A DNA stretch of 64,000 nucleotides from Amoebidium appalachense (taxonomy: Eukaryota; Protista; Ichthyosporea), in the NCBI GenBank assembly GCA_963693365.1, contig CAVNZM010000017.1, positions 1,713,989 to 1,777,988 of the forward strand. Direction: 5' to 3'. Position numbers and translations under genes: made by a program. Below, one piece after another: positions 25,968 through 39,756 of this stretch (the first letter of the stretch is position 1; the number at the start of each line of letters is the position of its first letter). Under the pieces are notes generated by a model that was not told the origin of the DNA, made no database searches, and saw only the letters and a program-made list of their open reading frames with translations.

Positions 25968-27140
25968 GTGCGTGTGTGTATGAGTGTGTGTGTGTGTGGT
26001 GTGTGCCTGTGTGCGTGTGCGTGTGTGTGATTTTTTTTCTCCGTTTTTTTTTTCCATTTCTTCAGTGAGTCTTTTTTTTCCATGATATTGAGCGTCGTCT
26101 ACCCGGTGGTGCAAGCCCGGCCCCCGGGAGGTCTCTGGAGTGCACTTTGAGTGCACATGCGCCACTGTGTGCATATATGCATGTATTTGGCCACACGTCA
26201 GTATACAAGTGCACGCAAATATATACGATGTACTCTGTGCGTGCAGGCATGGCTAACACATGTGGCCCCAAGCTGGACGTGTGCATGCATGTTCGTGTGC
26301 AGAGCATAACCCCCAAAAAGCTTAATAAGTTATTATCTCTGTATGCATAGGGACTATTGATTTTGAAACGGCGAGGGGGACAGTAGTAACTTTTTGGGGG
26401 GAGGGGGGGGGGCGGGGAGGGGAGGGTACAGGGGGTGGGGGTGGGGGGAGGGGGAGGGGAGAGGGGGGAGACCAGCCACCCTACACGCTGCCATGACTAT
26501 ATCAATTTGATTTATAGATAACCTTATCATATAATGGTAATCTGATTTCGCAGCGGTTTGCATACAAGTTCCCAAAACGTTAACAATGAACTTTAAGGAT
26601 ACAAGTAGGACTCCTTGATCACATCAATCTCACCAATCATATGCTCGAGCCCCCCCCCCCCCCCCCCCCCCCCTCCCGCCCCTCCCCCTTCCCACCTCCC
26701 TGTCCCCCCCCCCCCCCCCCCCCCCCCCCCGCCCCGCCCCCCTCCCCCCTCCCCCCTCCCCCGAGGCCTCCCTCCTAGGGCTTGGGTGGGACTCGTCTCC
26801 AGTCCCCACACCGCACACACACGCACCCACACACTTTTATACGTAATACTGTTTAATTCACACGTTTCTGCACGCTCAGCACCACACACACACACGACAT
26901 AATGTAACACCACCCAAATCACGTATGTACGTGCACGTGCATGCATACAATCCCCGCCACACAGACCCGCAAACGAACAGTGCAAGGTCACGGAGCTACA
27001 ACTTGCAATGATTCGTAGTTTAGTAATATTCGACCGTAAAGTTTGGAATACAGCCTGTGCACGGTTGTTGGAAAAGAGATGAATTGGGTCATCATGCGCA
27101 CACGTTGTGTGTGTGTGTGTGCGCGCGCGCGTGTGTGTGT

Positions 27141-27171
<31 letters not shown>

Positions 27172-27660
27172 GGAGCACCACCACACAGGTGGGTCCCCCC
27201 TTCCCCCCCCCCCCCCTCGGAGGGGGAGGGAGGGGGACCCACCCACCCCGCGGAGGAGGTCCCCCCTGGGGGGGGGAGGGGGGGGGGGGGGGGGGGGGGG
27301 AGAAGGGGGTACCACCCCCCCGGCCCAGGACGTCGATATTTACTACTACGTATACCCCTTCCCTCCTCCTCCCCCCCCCCCCCCCCCGGCCCCCCCCCCC
27401 CCCCCCTCCCCCCTCCCCTCCCCCCATTTTAAAATTCAAAAATTGATATCCCTTTTAGAAGTATTGATATTTGTAATGACGTGCACACGGGTGCCCATGC
27501 GAAATGCAGTACTACTCGACCACACAAATTTATTTTGAATAGCACGTGGCGTATATACGTACGAAGACGCTGTATGATCACCTTGACTTCAACATTTCGA
27601 ACGCATATATATCTATATATCATTATATATATAGTATACTATATATAAGTATATATACTA

Positions 27661-27703
<43 letters not shown>

Positions 27704-27892
27704 TATATATATATAAGTATATATTGATGATACTGAGTATTACAGCATATGCATATGCACGTGCCCGGGCCAATATTAATATTGATTGCTGTGATAATAG
27801 TGCTATGGATTGCCAATGGCAATACAGTGAAGACAGGTAGCCAGTATAGTACCTGTACTGCGAGGTCAAAATCTTTATTTTTATTCTCCATT

Positions 27893-28194
27893 TCACGGGC
27901 AGCAGACCGACTCGCTGCACCACGGGTCATCATTTACAGGCCCGTCTTCCTTTGGGCGGGGAGCAGCCAGCTCCAAACACATGACGTCACGCTGCACGTA
28001 GCTCCCTGAAAACACGTAGTCACCCCGCTCACGACGCTGACTCACCCACACCCCGTAGGGCACATGGTATACGCACGCACGGGGGCCGCGGACTCGCTCG
28101 GCTCGGCAATGGGTGCGGCCATGGCCGGGGCAAACTTCGGAGTGCTGCAGCGACGGTTGCAAAGGAAAGGAATGAGAAGAGAGAGATTCACCAT
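27893..28194 (-). pseudogene. Cys-rich peptide family pseudogene (inverted copy of 29534-29824)
   Basis: ATG at 28194. Indels scramble the signal peptide, and a 2-nt insertion near 28070 gives a premature TGA. Two Cys are lost (C>Y, C>F) plus W>R, and the TATA box is deleted. Confidence 0.85.
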
Positions 28195-29235
28195 GGTTGA
28201 AGCGTTGGGAAGAATATGGTTACTTGGGTTGTGTGTTTTGTATCAGATTAGTTAGCACTATGTAGTTACGTGGTTTTCCGCGATGGCAAAAAGGCAATAA
28301 AGGGCCCGTTTTTTTTTTTTTGACTGGGAGATTGTGTGGCGGCCGCGTTGCACCGACGGTCGAATTCAAATGCAATGGTAGAATCACAGTGTATGCGAAA
28401 CTCGCATACACGGCCCGGGTACCATATCAGGAGCGGGCAATTTTTGAATTCTCCCTCCCCGGCCCCGACGGGGAAAATTTGAGGTTTTTGGACCTTAAAG
28501 AAGTCAAATCCTGCAAAATCCACTACCGGGAGGCCAAAAAGGGTGATTTCCCGCGAAACCAAAGCTGGTTGAGTAGCTAGCTATAGCTGGAGTGAGAGTT
28601 GTTGACTGAAGGAAACCAGATCTACGTTGCTTGTTCTCGCCAGTGATTGGATAAAAGGAAACACCTCGAAGTTTTAAATGGTTCATGACCTCATATCTTT
28701 TTTTTTATAACTCTTATTGATTTTCACTCTTATTAATTTTTTAAACTACTCATCGTACAATTTATTGAAGTTCTACGGGGGCAAAAAAAACATTGTTTCC
28801 GACCGTTTGTACTTTTTAGAATATCCGAGATCCGCAACTTTGCTCACGATCTCACAGATGACGAAACTCAGTTGAGCCAATTTGCAAATTGTATTATTAT
28901 AGTTGCGAGATTCCTGAGATTCCTGTATCACCTGCGAGTTCATTGAAATTGTGAATATATCTCAGAGAATCCAGAATTCTAAGAATATCTAGATAGGCTC
29001 GGCCAGCCGGCCATTGCACCCGGTTAGCAGACGGTGACCAATGATACAAAAAATGCGAGTCTCGAGTATTTTTGAAGCACAAAGAAATGCTATTTCAAAA
29101 CAGGATTTTCTACTTGTAGAGCATGATAAGACCTTTGAAAAAAATCATTAATATGAGATCGTGAACAGAAAACTTCAGCGAATGTTTCGAAAAGTCAAGG
29201 GTGAACCCAGAAAACTTCGCGGCGTTTCCTTTTAT

Positions 29236-29277
29236 CCAATCACAAGCGAGAACAAACCTGCTCGCGGAGTATATAAA
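29236..29277 (+). promoter_or_regulatory. CCAAT box + TATA box of the Cys-rich peptide gene
   Basis: TATCCAATCAC...GAGAAC...GTATATA is conserved with an identical 34-nt CCAAT-to-TATA offset at 20651/20685. The CCAAT part is also at 28646-28650 (minus). Confidence 0.65.
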
Positions 29278-29533
29278 CACAACGTTTTGGTTTCTCCGGC
29301 AGCCAACAACTCGCACAAACAGGTTTATTTCACACATACGAACGCCAACTGAACTCAACCATCCGTACGCGTGTAACTGCGGACCGCCACACATACACCT
29401 ACCGCCACAAATACTCTGTGAATACAGAACCGGATTCCGAATTGTCCATTTAGAGGCAACCCGAAAACTACATACACAAATAAATAAAACACCTCCCAAG
29501 CATTGAACCACATTCCCCCTCCACGCATCCACC

Positions 29534-29824
29534 ATGGTTCATCTTTCGTCGTTTTTTTCCTTTGCAACCGTCGCTGCAGCACTCTTTGCCCCGGCCATGG
29601 CCGCACCCATTGTCGAGCCGAGCGAGTCCGCGGCCCCCGTGCGTGCCTACCATGTGCCCTGCGGGGTGTGGGTGAGTCAGCGTCGTCAGTGGGGTGACTA
29701 CGTGTGTTCAGGGAGCTACGTGCAGCGTGGCGTCATGTGTCTGGAGCTGGCTGCTCCCCGCCCAAAGGAAGACGGGCCTGTAAAGGATGACCCGTGGTGC
29801 AGCGAGTCGGTCTGCTGCCCTTGA
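29534..29824 (+). CDS. Small secreted cysteine-rich peptide, copy 2 (96 aa)
   Basis: Signal-peptide-like MVHLSSFFSFATVAAALFAPAMA, and all 6 mature Cys conserved with copy 1. Confidence 0.82.
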   Translation: MVHLSSFFSFATVAAALFAPAMAAPIVEPSESAAPVRAYHVPCGVWVSQRRQWGDYVCSGSYVQRGVMCLELAAPRPKEDGPVKDDPWCSESVCCP

Positions 29825-29907
29825 AAAGAATACTAAAGATGAAATAAGGAATTCGACCTTGCTGCCAGTCTTAATTACTGCCAATATAATACAGTATTGC
29901 AGTACTT

Positions 29908-30016
29908 AGCTAGAGTACTAGTGCTGCCGGTGCTGGGTGGAAGACGGTAGTTCCCCCTGAGGGCCCCTAGGGGTACCTCCGGGAACAAAACGAGATAAAA
30001 TAAAATAATAAAATAA
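29908..30016 (+). mobile_element. LINE family A extreme 3' end (~110 bp)
   Basis: GGTGCTG.GTGG.AGACGGTAGTT.CCC...CCTCCGGGAACAAAACG.GATAAAATAAAATAATA matches the family A 3' terminus. 13-bp TSD TAT(T/C)GCAGTACTT at 29895-29907 and 30017-30029. Confidence 0.8.
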
Positions 30017-30631
30017 TATCGCAGTACTTTTGACCAGGACATCATCATAGCACTATAGTCACTGCAGTACTAGCTAGTGTCTCTGTCTAGTACATGCTAA
30101 GTCATGAATGCAGGACGCTAAGATGCGTATGAGAGGCCTAGAGGGCATCCGCACATGTACACTACTGCAGTATTTTAATAAGTTATCCATACGCACACCC
30201 AGAAATAAATGCATGTGCACATTGCCACTCGTGCACACAATGTTATGGACTCCAGCATCGGGGCTTTGCACCCACGTGCATATAAGTCCTGTTTTGATAA
30301 AATAAAATACATTGAGGGAGAGAGAAAAAAAAGATGGTTGCCTATATATACATAGGAGCAAGGGGAAGATGGCTAAACGCAGTTACTGTTTTAGTATATT
30401 GCCGTAGTAGTATTTAATTTTTAGCCACATTACATATGAAGGCAAATTTTAAGGCTTGCAATTGTGCGTGTGCGTGCGCACATGTACATGTGAGCTATTG
30501 ATCAATGAAAACTGTTCATGGTGGTGGTCACTTATGATAGTACTAAGCAGCGCTAGCAGAGGTCCATGAAAATATTTAAAGCATTAGCTGTAGGTGCGCG
30601 AGGGTGCGTGTGTGCACGTTTTTTTTTTTTT

Positions 30632-30675
<44 letters not shown>

Positions 30676-31692
30676 TCCGCGGCGCCGGACACCGTTTTTT
30701 TTTTTTTTTAAAGTTTATTATTTAACTGTGATCACTAAGCTTATCCGGCCACCATTTACGAGTGGTGGGCCATCCACATGCATGGCCACCCCCGCAGCTG
30801 GGCCTGCGTACTACGTACACGCGTACGCGTTACAATCATTTGGGCATTTCGACCAGAGCTTTCTTGTTGTCACAACTGGTACTGGTGGTCCGTACTGCAA
30901 TGTGTGCTGTATATACGTTGAACATGTGGTACGGGGACTGAGAGTGCGGTACCGCTTAAAGTCGACACCGCTCGAAAGGGTGTGTCCACGTACATAGCGA
31001 AGTAGAGCCTTTTTTATTTCAAATATGCTGGCTGCAGCTGACGAGCTGGGGAAAAAACAAAAAAGAAAGAAAGAACAAAAGAAAGAAAGAAAGAAAGGAA
31101 AAAAAACATTTAGACACTCACAGAAATATACTAATACGATTCGAGATAGAGAACTTCAGTGATGGAAGGTACATACGTCGGACGTTCATTGAAGGTACAT
31201 TGTGAAAGGGGAGAGGCAAAAAGTGGTTATCAATGTCTATAGTCGGTGATTAAGTTGAACTTCCCTTCCCCATCAATGCCATTGCTTTATTGCTTGATGA
31301 ATCCGGGAGACGCCGAGTCACGGTATATAGATATGCACACAGTCAAGTTAGGTACTGGCACGCAAACTTGAACAGGTGTAAAGACAATATCATCTGGTGG
31401 TACAATTGTAATACGCATGAGCCGCTGATGTGATCACTATCCGGTTGTATGAAAATGCACATATCCTATTGCAAATCGATCAACACGCGTTGTCTATCAG
31501 AACACGTAAAGTAAAGTAAGTTTTACTGAAGGTTTGGAAAAAAAAAAAAAAAATTATAATGACTTTAATTTCTGAAAATTTAAAACAACCGTTTCAACAG
31601 TTCAACGTGTGGCAGCGAATATACCAGCATATCCCGGCGGTTGGCTCGAGTCGACAATATACAGGGATACTCTAAGTCTGGCTTAAAATCAA

Positions 31693-32555
31693 TTAACAAA
31701 GTTTCACGTGCTGCATGCACATCTCTGTCATGATCTCTTTGGGAAGTGAACTGAACAAGTTTCGGTGATAAACTTTAAAGTAGTTATTTCTGAACACCAG
31801 ATGCCCATACCCAGATTCACCATCCTTTTTGAAGTGCAGGATATCTCCTGCCACCTTGCGGATGGCCTCCGGCGGCCAATCAACCTCGTGTTTGTATTTG
31901 TGAAATGCAACCAGAATCTCGATACACGGCTTTTCATTTGCCTGAAGCTCAAGAATTTCAAACACATCTTTGCACTCGTACATGGACGCAACACGCACCA
32001 GCCGAATAATTTCTTGCTTGGTCAACTGGGAAACAAAGCTGCCCGAAGGGTCACTCAGTCTGGCGGACACACAAAAACCAACCGTCAAGTCATTTGCCGC
32101 CATTGCAAGTTTCAGCTTAAAAAGATTGCTGAGTGTTTGGTAGGAAACGTCGGTGACTGTGATGGTGTTGGTTGTTGCCTCCATCAGTCCGTGTGTTTTG
32201 GACGAGCCAGAAAACATGGTGGCAAAGTAGGGGGAGAGGTTGACGAGAAAGGTCTTCGGAAGTTCAATAGTGTCAGGCTCATTGACGGGTTCAGGTGTGC
32301 AGAACCAGGCCCGGTGGGAACGAGCCTCCTCGATCGTTGTTCCAGTGCGAGCCACAATCTGCTCGTTCTCTACTTCGGCAGCTGAAACAATGATCATTTC
32401 TCGACAGTCACCGCCCTCGTCACACTGCACCGGTACCGTGCGGCTGGTGGGGCACATTTTTATGGTCAAGGTGGGGGTGTCCTTAAAAGTGATGCATGAT
32501 CATTGCCACCCAGTGATGCAATCAAGTTGACGACTCTGTCTTTGAAATTCGTCAT
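31693..32555 (-). CDS. BTB/POZ-domain protein, paralogue 3 (1-nt frameshift near 32483; pseudogene or sequencing error)
   Basis: ATG at 32555 gives MTNFKDRVVNLIASLGGNDHASLL, which aligns with the paralogue N-termini but is 86 nt (not 87) from the main ORF 31693-32469. The main ORF carries LVNLSPYFATMFS and IRLVRVASMYECKD. Confidence 0.78.
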
Positions 32556-33588
32556 TGTCTCTCTCAAATTGAAAAGGTTGACTTAGCTCTTAGCAGATGA
32601 ATTTCGGTGAAGAAGAGCCGAAAAATACAAATATAAGGCCTTGCAAACTCGAGGAAAGGAAATGGAAACGCTTAAAAAACAGTCACGGTGCTGTTTGGTT
32701 CATCAACATATGGTGTCATAAAGTGCAGTTTCATAACATTCAATGAAGTAAGATTCGAAACGATAAGAAGGCACTTTTGTATGCCGTATAGTGCTACGTA
32801 GGCGGGTTTGAAGTCAAAAGTGGGCAGGCACGTGTGCTGCCCCCAAAGTGATGCATAATAGGCCTGGAGGGGCATTGCAGATGAAATGCATGTACCGTTG
32901 GTAAACGTTGACCACTACAGGCCATTAGCTTGAAAACACTAATACTATAATATTATAAGCACTCGAACTCGCCATATGTATCGTCTTATCGTCGGGCAGG
33001 TTTGTGTGCCACTGGCGTTGTACTGCACGATCGATAGCCTAAGGCAGTGTACTGGGGCATCTGCATAACACTGTGTTAAAGTCACTGGTTCGAATTTCTG
33101 TTTCTTTTTACCGACGTCGTATTCCGTGTGCGTATAATATTATCGCCTTTTGGGTGGGTACATTTTTATATATTTTTTTTTAAGTTATTACTATGCCATA
33201 TATATGATGCACACGTATACCTCACTACTAGTAATAAGTGTTTAAGGCACCATCACGGTGGTGTTTAAAATTTGGCATCAGTACTGGCATACTGCACGTG
33301 CGTACCTCAACAGCTGCTGCTGTGTTCAGGTTAACTGGTTGTGTGTGTCATATAGAACTAATTAGTACCAGCTGGCAGTACTAGTATCAGGTTCACGTAA
33401 TCTAAGTGCTATAATTCGTGAGGGTTGGGAAATACTATGGCATTGTACATGCACAGTCACTCTGAGTACAGGAGCTAGCACTATTTATATAAGAGCTGTT
33501 TGCCGCTCGCCGAGTTTGTTGCACGTCATCTCGCCCCCGGCTCCCTCTTCAAATCTCTTGTGGGTCGAGTGTGTGCGCCAGTCATTTT

Positions 33589-33632
<44 letters not shown>

Positions 33633-33728
33633 TGTGGTGTGTGAGTGCGTGCGTGTGTGTGTGCGCACGTGTGTGTGTATGTGTGTGGTGGGTGTGTTTT
33701 TCTTTTCTTTCTTCATTTCGTTCTTTCT

Positions 33729-33802
<74 letters not shown>

Positions 33803-33891
33803 ATTTTGGTTTTCTTTCTTTCCTCCTTTTTTTTTTCTTTTTCTTTTTGAATTCTTTCCATTTTTCTTCTTTTCTCTGTTTTTTTTTTTTT

Positions 33892-33922
<31 letters not shown>

Positions 33923-34473
33923 GTACACGTGTGTCTGTGTCTATGCTCTCTGTGTGTGTACATGTGTGTGTGCGCACGTGCGTGGGTGGTGGTGGTGGTG
34001 GTGGTGGTGGGCGGGGTGGGGTGGGGGGGGGGGGGGGGGGGGGGGAGAGAGAGAGAGAGAGAGAGAGCTACTTGAAATGAGGGAGGCTGACCTTCTTTAT
34101 TTTAAAAAGCGAGCAAAGCATCGGTTGGGCTGTCAATGGTGGCACAACCAATCTACTCTAATATTTGTCTGCCCAAAGTCCCACAATCATCACATGGCCA
34201 TCAATCATGTTTGATTGCCACATAGCCCAAGAAAACGAGCATGCACATAAGCACAGATTACGCCAATACACTTTAATCATCAAAATTCTAGAGTATGTCG
34301 TGTACACGGTTTGCTCCTAAGTTCTCCGAGTGTTGGTTGTTTGGCTTGTGCAAAGCGAGGCACATCACAGATGTGAGTAAGGGAACAATATTGTACCAAG
34401 AATCAGCCCCTTCTACTTAGAGACACCGGGGGAAGGAGGGAAGGAGGGAGGAAGGGGAGGGATGTGTGTGTGT

Positions 34474-34510
<37 letters not shown>

Positions 34511-34765
34511 GCTGCTGAAGAGCCGTTCAAAAATCACACTCACAAACAAAAACCTAAAGAAACGAGATCTCAAAAAAAAAAAAAAAAAAAAAAAAAGAAC
34601 CCCCCCCCCCCCAAAAAAAAAAAAGAAAACAAACAAACAAAAAAAACAAGCAAACAACTTAAGAACCTGCCCATCCGAATAAGTCGTATAATACGAACTA
34701 TCACAATAATCCATATGAAACCCGCACACCAACACACACAAACATACACATACGCAGCTTATATC

Positions 34766-35200
34766 TCAGTAGGGGGAGTTCACAATGTCGTTTCTCGAGT
34801 AGCCCATCTTCTGCGGGGTTGCAAATTGTCTCTTGTTTGCCATTGTGATGTCGTGGTCTAGGGCCACAATCACGTTTGTGTCCTGGTTGAAGGCAAACTG
34901 GTCGGCCACTACGTTGCTGCTGTACTGTGGGCCAGAAGGGGGTTTGTATGTTAGTCAATGTAGCATTTATTGTTATTGTTTTGAACATGTGTGTGTGTAC
35001 ACGTTCTTAACATTATTGCTGTTACCGCTGTTGTTGTTGTTATTTTTATCATCATCATTATAATTGATCCTAGTGGTTAGATTGGGAAGCTTGGGCGGAG
35101 TACAGGGAAACCGGGATGAAAGTGCACGACAAAGGAGTGCATATGTGCGTGTGTGCGCGCAAGCCAAACCCCAATATACACACTGTCACTCCTCGTCCAA

Positions 35201-35250
<50 letters not shown>

Positions 35251-35400
35251 CCCCCCCCCACACACACACAAACACACCCCACCCCCCAGCCCCCCCACCC
35301 ACCCACATAACCGCCCACACACACCTTCTTGATGGTGTATTCTTGTGTGAGCCTGCGCTTGACCCGGTTGAAGTCCCACTGCAAGACGTACGGACCCATG

Positions 35401-35451
<51 letters not shown>

Positions 35452-35998
35452 GTTAGTAGGTGGAACCGGCTCCCCCGGGGGGGGGGGGGGGGGGGGGGGG
35501 GGAGGGGGGGGGGGGGGGCAACTTGTATGGTGATTTGACTCAAGGGATACGAGACAAGGATAAAGAAGAGGGAAGAAAAAAAGGAGACACCGATTGAGAA
35601 GAGGAAGAAAAATCCACCTTTTCCTTTGTGTGCGTGTGTGGAAGGTGGAAGGGGGGTGGAGGGAGGTAATAGTACGATTTCTAAAGTCGTAGATGATTTT
35701 TTTTCTTTTTTCTTTTTCTTTTTTTTTTTTTTTCTTTTTTTTTTGGGGGGGGGGGGGGTAAGAAACTGCAGGCTTTTATGAATGACATCGATGTATGACA
35801 GAGGCAAGGAAAGTAGAGAAATGGTGGTGTGGGCATTTCTTACACCCCGCGCGTGTGTGTGTGCATGTGTGTAGCACACGTGTCTTGCACAAGGAGATCT
35901 TTTCGTTTCCATTTCATTTTTCTTCCCCCGCCTGCGATGGCAAGGGCGAAATTTTTTTTTATTTTCTCTTTTATTTCTTTCCCTTTTTTTGTGCCGGG

Positions 35999-36045
<47 letters not shown>

Positions 36046-36485
36046 TCCGTCTTACCCAGATACAATGTACTTCTCCCCCTTCTCGCCCGTGTTAAACTTG
36101 GCAGGAGTGAATGCAACCTGAAAACACACACAGTTAGTCGTCAAAAAGGTGAAAAGAAGGAAAGATACAAGATGCCGGTACCTATTTTCCTTTTAAGGAA
36201 GTTTGTGGGCGTGTTTGTGAATAGACAATATGGCGTTGAAGTACTAAACTTTATGCATTAGTTGATAGCTGAGGAATTTGCGACGTACCAGTTGACTTTT
36301 GCTACTTTCCTGCATCTTTCAACTCCCCCTAACCCTCACCCCCCCAACCACAATTCCATCCCCTCCCCCTGTCCCTTCTCCACACAGACAGACGCGCATC
36401 ATGGGCGCGTACGTACACAAACACACACACCACACTTTGTCGAGTTTGCAGGTGTGTCACTTCATTGGAATATGAGGGAAATGGA

Positions 36486-36553
<68 letters not shown>

Positions 36554-37535
36554 ATACCCTGACACCCATAACAGCCACATGTTCAGGCTTGACCTTCAGG
36601 ATGATGGGTGGGTTCTGCGGGGGGAAAAAAATGTTAGAACGCCGATACCACTTGAATTGTGTCTTGGTCACACCGTAGCACAAATTTTCAGTCAATTGGG
36701 GTTGTATTATGTCACACGGGTCTATTATCCCCACCCCACCCCCACCCCCTCCTCCCCCGATCCCCCCCTCTTTTAATTTTTTTATTTATATTTTTTTAAA
36801 AAAAAAAAGGCCCCCCCAAATACATCCAACACACCGTTAAATACTAATAATAACAATGATCCGGCTACTAGCAATAACAAACACAAACACGGGTTTTCAT
36901 TCAGAAAAACCAAACAAGTCAATGAAGCTCAGGTTGTGTACGTAAAATAAAAAACCCCACGCCCATCAACCATGATTGTGCTTGTGCAAGTGTGTGTGTC
37001 CCTATTATCATCTGTGAGGGAAGGGGGGCAGAGGAGGAGGGAGAGGGGGGGGGGGGGGGGGGGATGAAGGGGAATAAATTTTTCCCATACCTTGTGCTTG
37101 CTGATGGACTTGGTGAAACCAGTGAAGGACTTATCGCTGCTCTCTGTGTTGACCAGTATGATGTATGACTTGCACGTGGCTAGCACCCACTTGCCGTCAG
37201 CTGACACGTCAATGCCGATGATAGGGTCTGTGTGCAGGCAGAAGTGTTATGTAAGAATATATTTGTGGAAGCACTCTTTAACACTTGTTATGTAAGAATA
37301 TATTTGTGGAAGCACTCTCTAACACTTGTTATGTAAGAATATATTTGTAAGAGCACTCTCTAACACTTTCTGTGTAAAAATATATTTGTGGAAGCACTCT
37401 CTAACACTTGTTTGAAGAATATATTTGTGGAAATACTCTCTAACACTTGTTTAAAGAATATATTTGTGGAAGCACTCTCTAACACTTGTTGGCGGATGGC
37501 GATGGTTATGTTTTTTTTTTTTGTTTTGTTTTTTT

Positions 37536-37572
<37 letters not shown>

Positions 37573-38077
37573 GGCAACCAAATATGCTCCAGAACTATAC
37601 ACACCCGTACGCAGGGCGCAAACGAAGAGGAAAATCATGAATATGGGCTGGTAAGCGCGAAGGGGAGGGTTGGGGGAAAGGGGGGGGGGGGGGGGGGTTA
37701 TAAATCACTTACCGCCCAGACCGGGCAGGAGGGTCTTAGCCTTCATCTCGAGTTTGTTGAACATGCGGATGTCACCCTTCTCACTGCCCACAACAAGATA
37801 CCCTGCATAGGCCCATGGTTAAGGTGGTGCTCATTGTGGCATTATACCAATAAGGAAGAGGGGGCTCTAAATGATTTAATGGGCTGTTGATGGTTTTGCT
37901 AATGGTGGAGGTGGTGTGCGTGTGTGCATGTGCGTGGAGCGTGTATTGGTGTGGACGGGTGGGTGGTGGTGGTGGTGGTGGTGGGTGGGTGGGTGGGTTG
38001 GGGAGGGGGGGGGAGGGGGAAAGGAAGGGATTGATAGAGGGACAGAGGGCGCATGGAGGAGGTGTGGGAGGGGGAGG

Positions 38078-38120
<43 letters not shown>

Positions 38121-38581
38121 GGGAGGCATGATAGAGGTGTGAGTCTGTGTGCTTGCGTGTGTGGATGCAGGGCAAGGGGTAGAGGAGGAACACGGACGTG
38201 TTTTTGCCGATGAGAAAAGCCCACCAAACCAGTAAGACAGTACAAGCTCTTCTCTCGATATCCCCCCCTCCCCCCCCCCCCCACCCCGCTTTCTCGCTCT
38301 TCCAGTATGTCCTGTGCCCAACTCTCAAATTCATCCCCGGACAGAGCCGCACGCAAAAACAGTCAAACCATCCCCACCCAAACATCACCAGCCCCCCGCA
38401 AGCAAAAACACATGGTACTAGAGGTGTCCGCACGTATATTGATGTTTCCAACCATATGATTGGTTAAACTATTTCCTTAATAGGAAATATTCCCACCTTG
38501 CTGGGTGGTGGCCAGGCACTGCAGCTCGGGCTTGGACCCAACATAGGCGTAGCTGGTAGGGGTGTGTGTGTGTGGGACGGG

Positions 38582-38620
<39 letters not shown>

Positions 38621-38905
38621 GAGTGGGTAAGTGAGTGAGCTTTTTTCTTGTATGTGTGTAAAATGTGCACGATCAGATGTGGCAGTTTTCCATCTGCACA
38701 CCCCCGTTTTCATTTTTCAAACCTCAAAAAATTTCCACCCTTCCAGGCAGCAAAACCTAACGGTGGTCAAGAAACAACTCCACCCGGTCTGCCAACTCTG
38801 CTCCACACGATGTTAATCATCGCGAGCTTGCTTCCGCCCCATGCATCCCTTCTCCCGCCCAACCACCACCATTAATTTCTTCCTTCCCAGCCCACTTGCC
38901 CTACT

Positions 38906-38938
<33 letters not shown>

Positions 38939-39139
38939 ACCCGCCCACCCACCCTCTCCTTTTGGCACACGACCCTTCAAACCTTCTCACCACAAATGTG
39001 TTTCTCACGGAACACCTCGAACACTCCCCCCCCCCCCCCCCCCCCCCCCCCCGGGCACCTTCGTCCCCCTGCTTCGTTGCCATTTATGCTCTCCACAAAC
39101 GATTTTCGTCATTAGTCGAATTGGAACACGTTTAGTACC

Positions 39140-39198
<59 letters not shown>

Positions 39199-39723
39199 AC
39201 CTCTGAGCTTCGACGACCTTGTTGTCTTTGAGGCGGCTATCCAGCACCATGATGCGGTTGGAGTTGATGCCCACCATAAGATCACTGCCCGTGGCCTAAA
39301 AATAGAAGTGATTAAAATAGATGCCCACCATAAGATCACTGCCCGTGGCCTAAATATATACAGTCAGTTAGAATAATTGCCCACCATAAGTTCACTGCCC
39401 GTGGCCTAAAAATAGACAGCCAGTTAGAATAGGTGCCCACCATAAGATCGCTGCCCGTGGCCTAAATAAGGACGTGCAATGAGTTAATATAACAGATGCC
39501 CACCATAAGATCACTGCCCGTTGCCCAAAATAGACGTGCAATCAGTGATTTAATAGAGAAAATGACACGCCCGGTCCTTTTTTCTAAACGAATATCCTAC
39601 ACAATTCTACTGCCTTTATCTTACTCCAGTCATTTTTCTTTCAGCTTTTCCCTCTTTTCATCTTTTTGGTGCCTAGGGAAGGGAATTAGTTGGGCAAAGC
39701 CAAGGCGCGGACACGTGCAGGAA

Positions 39724-39756
<33 letters not shown>

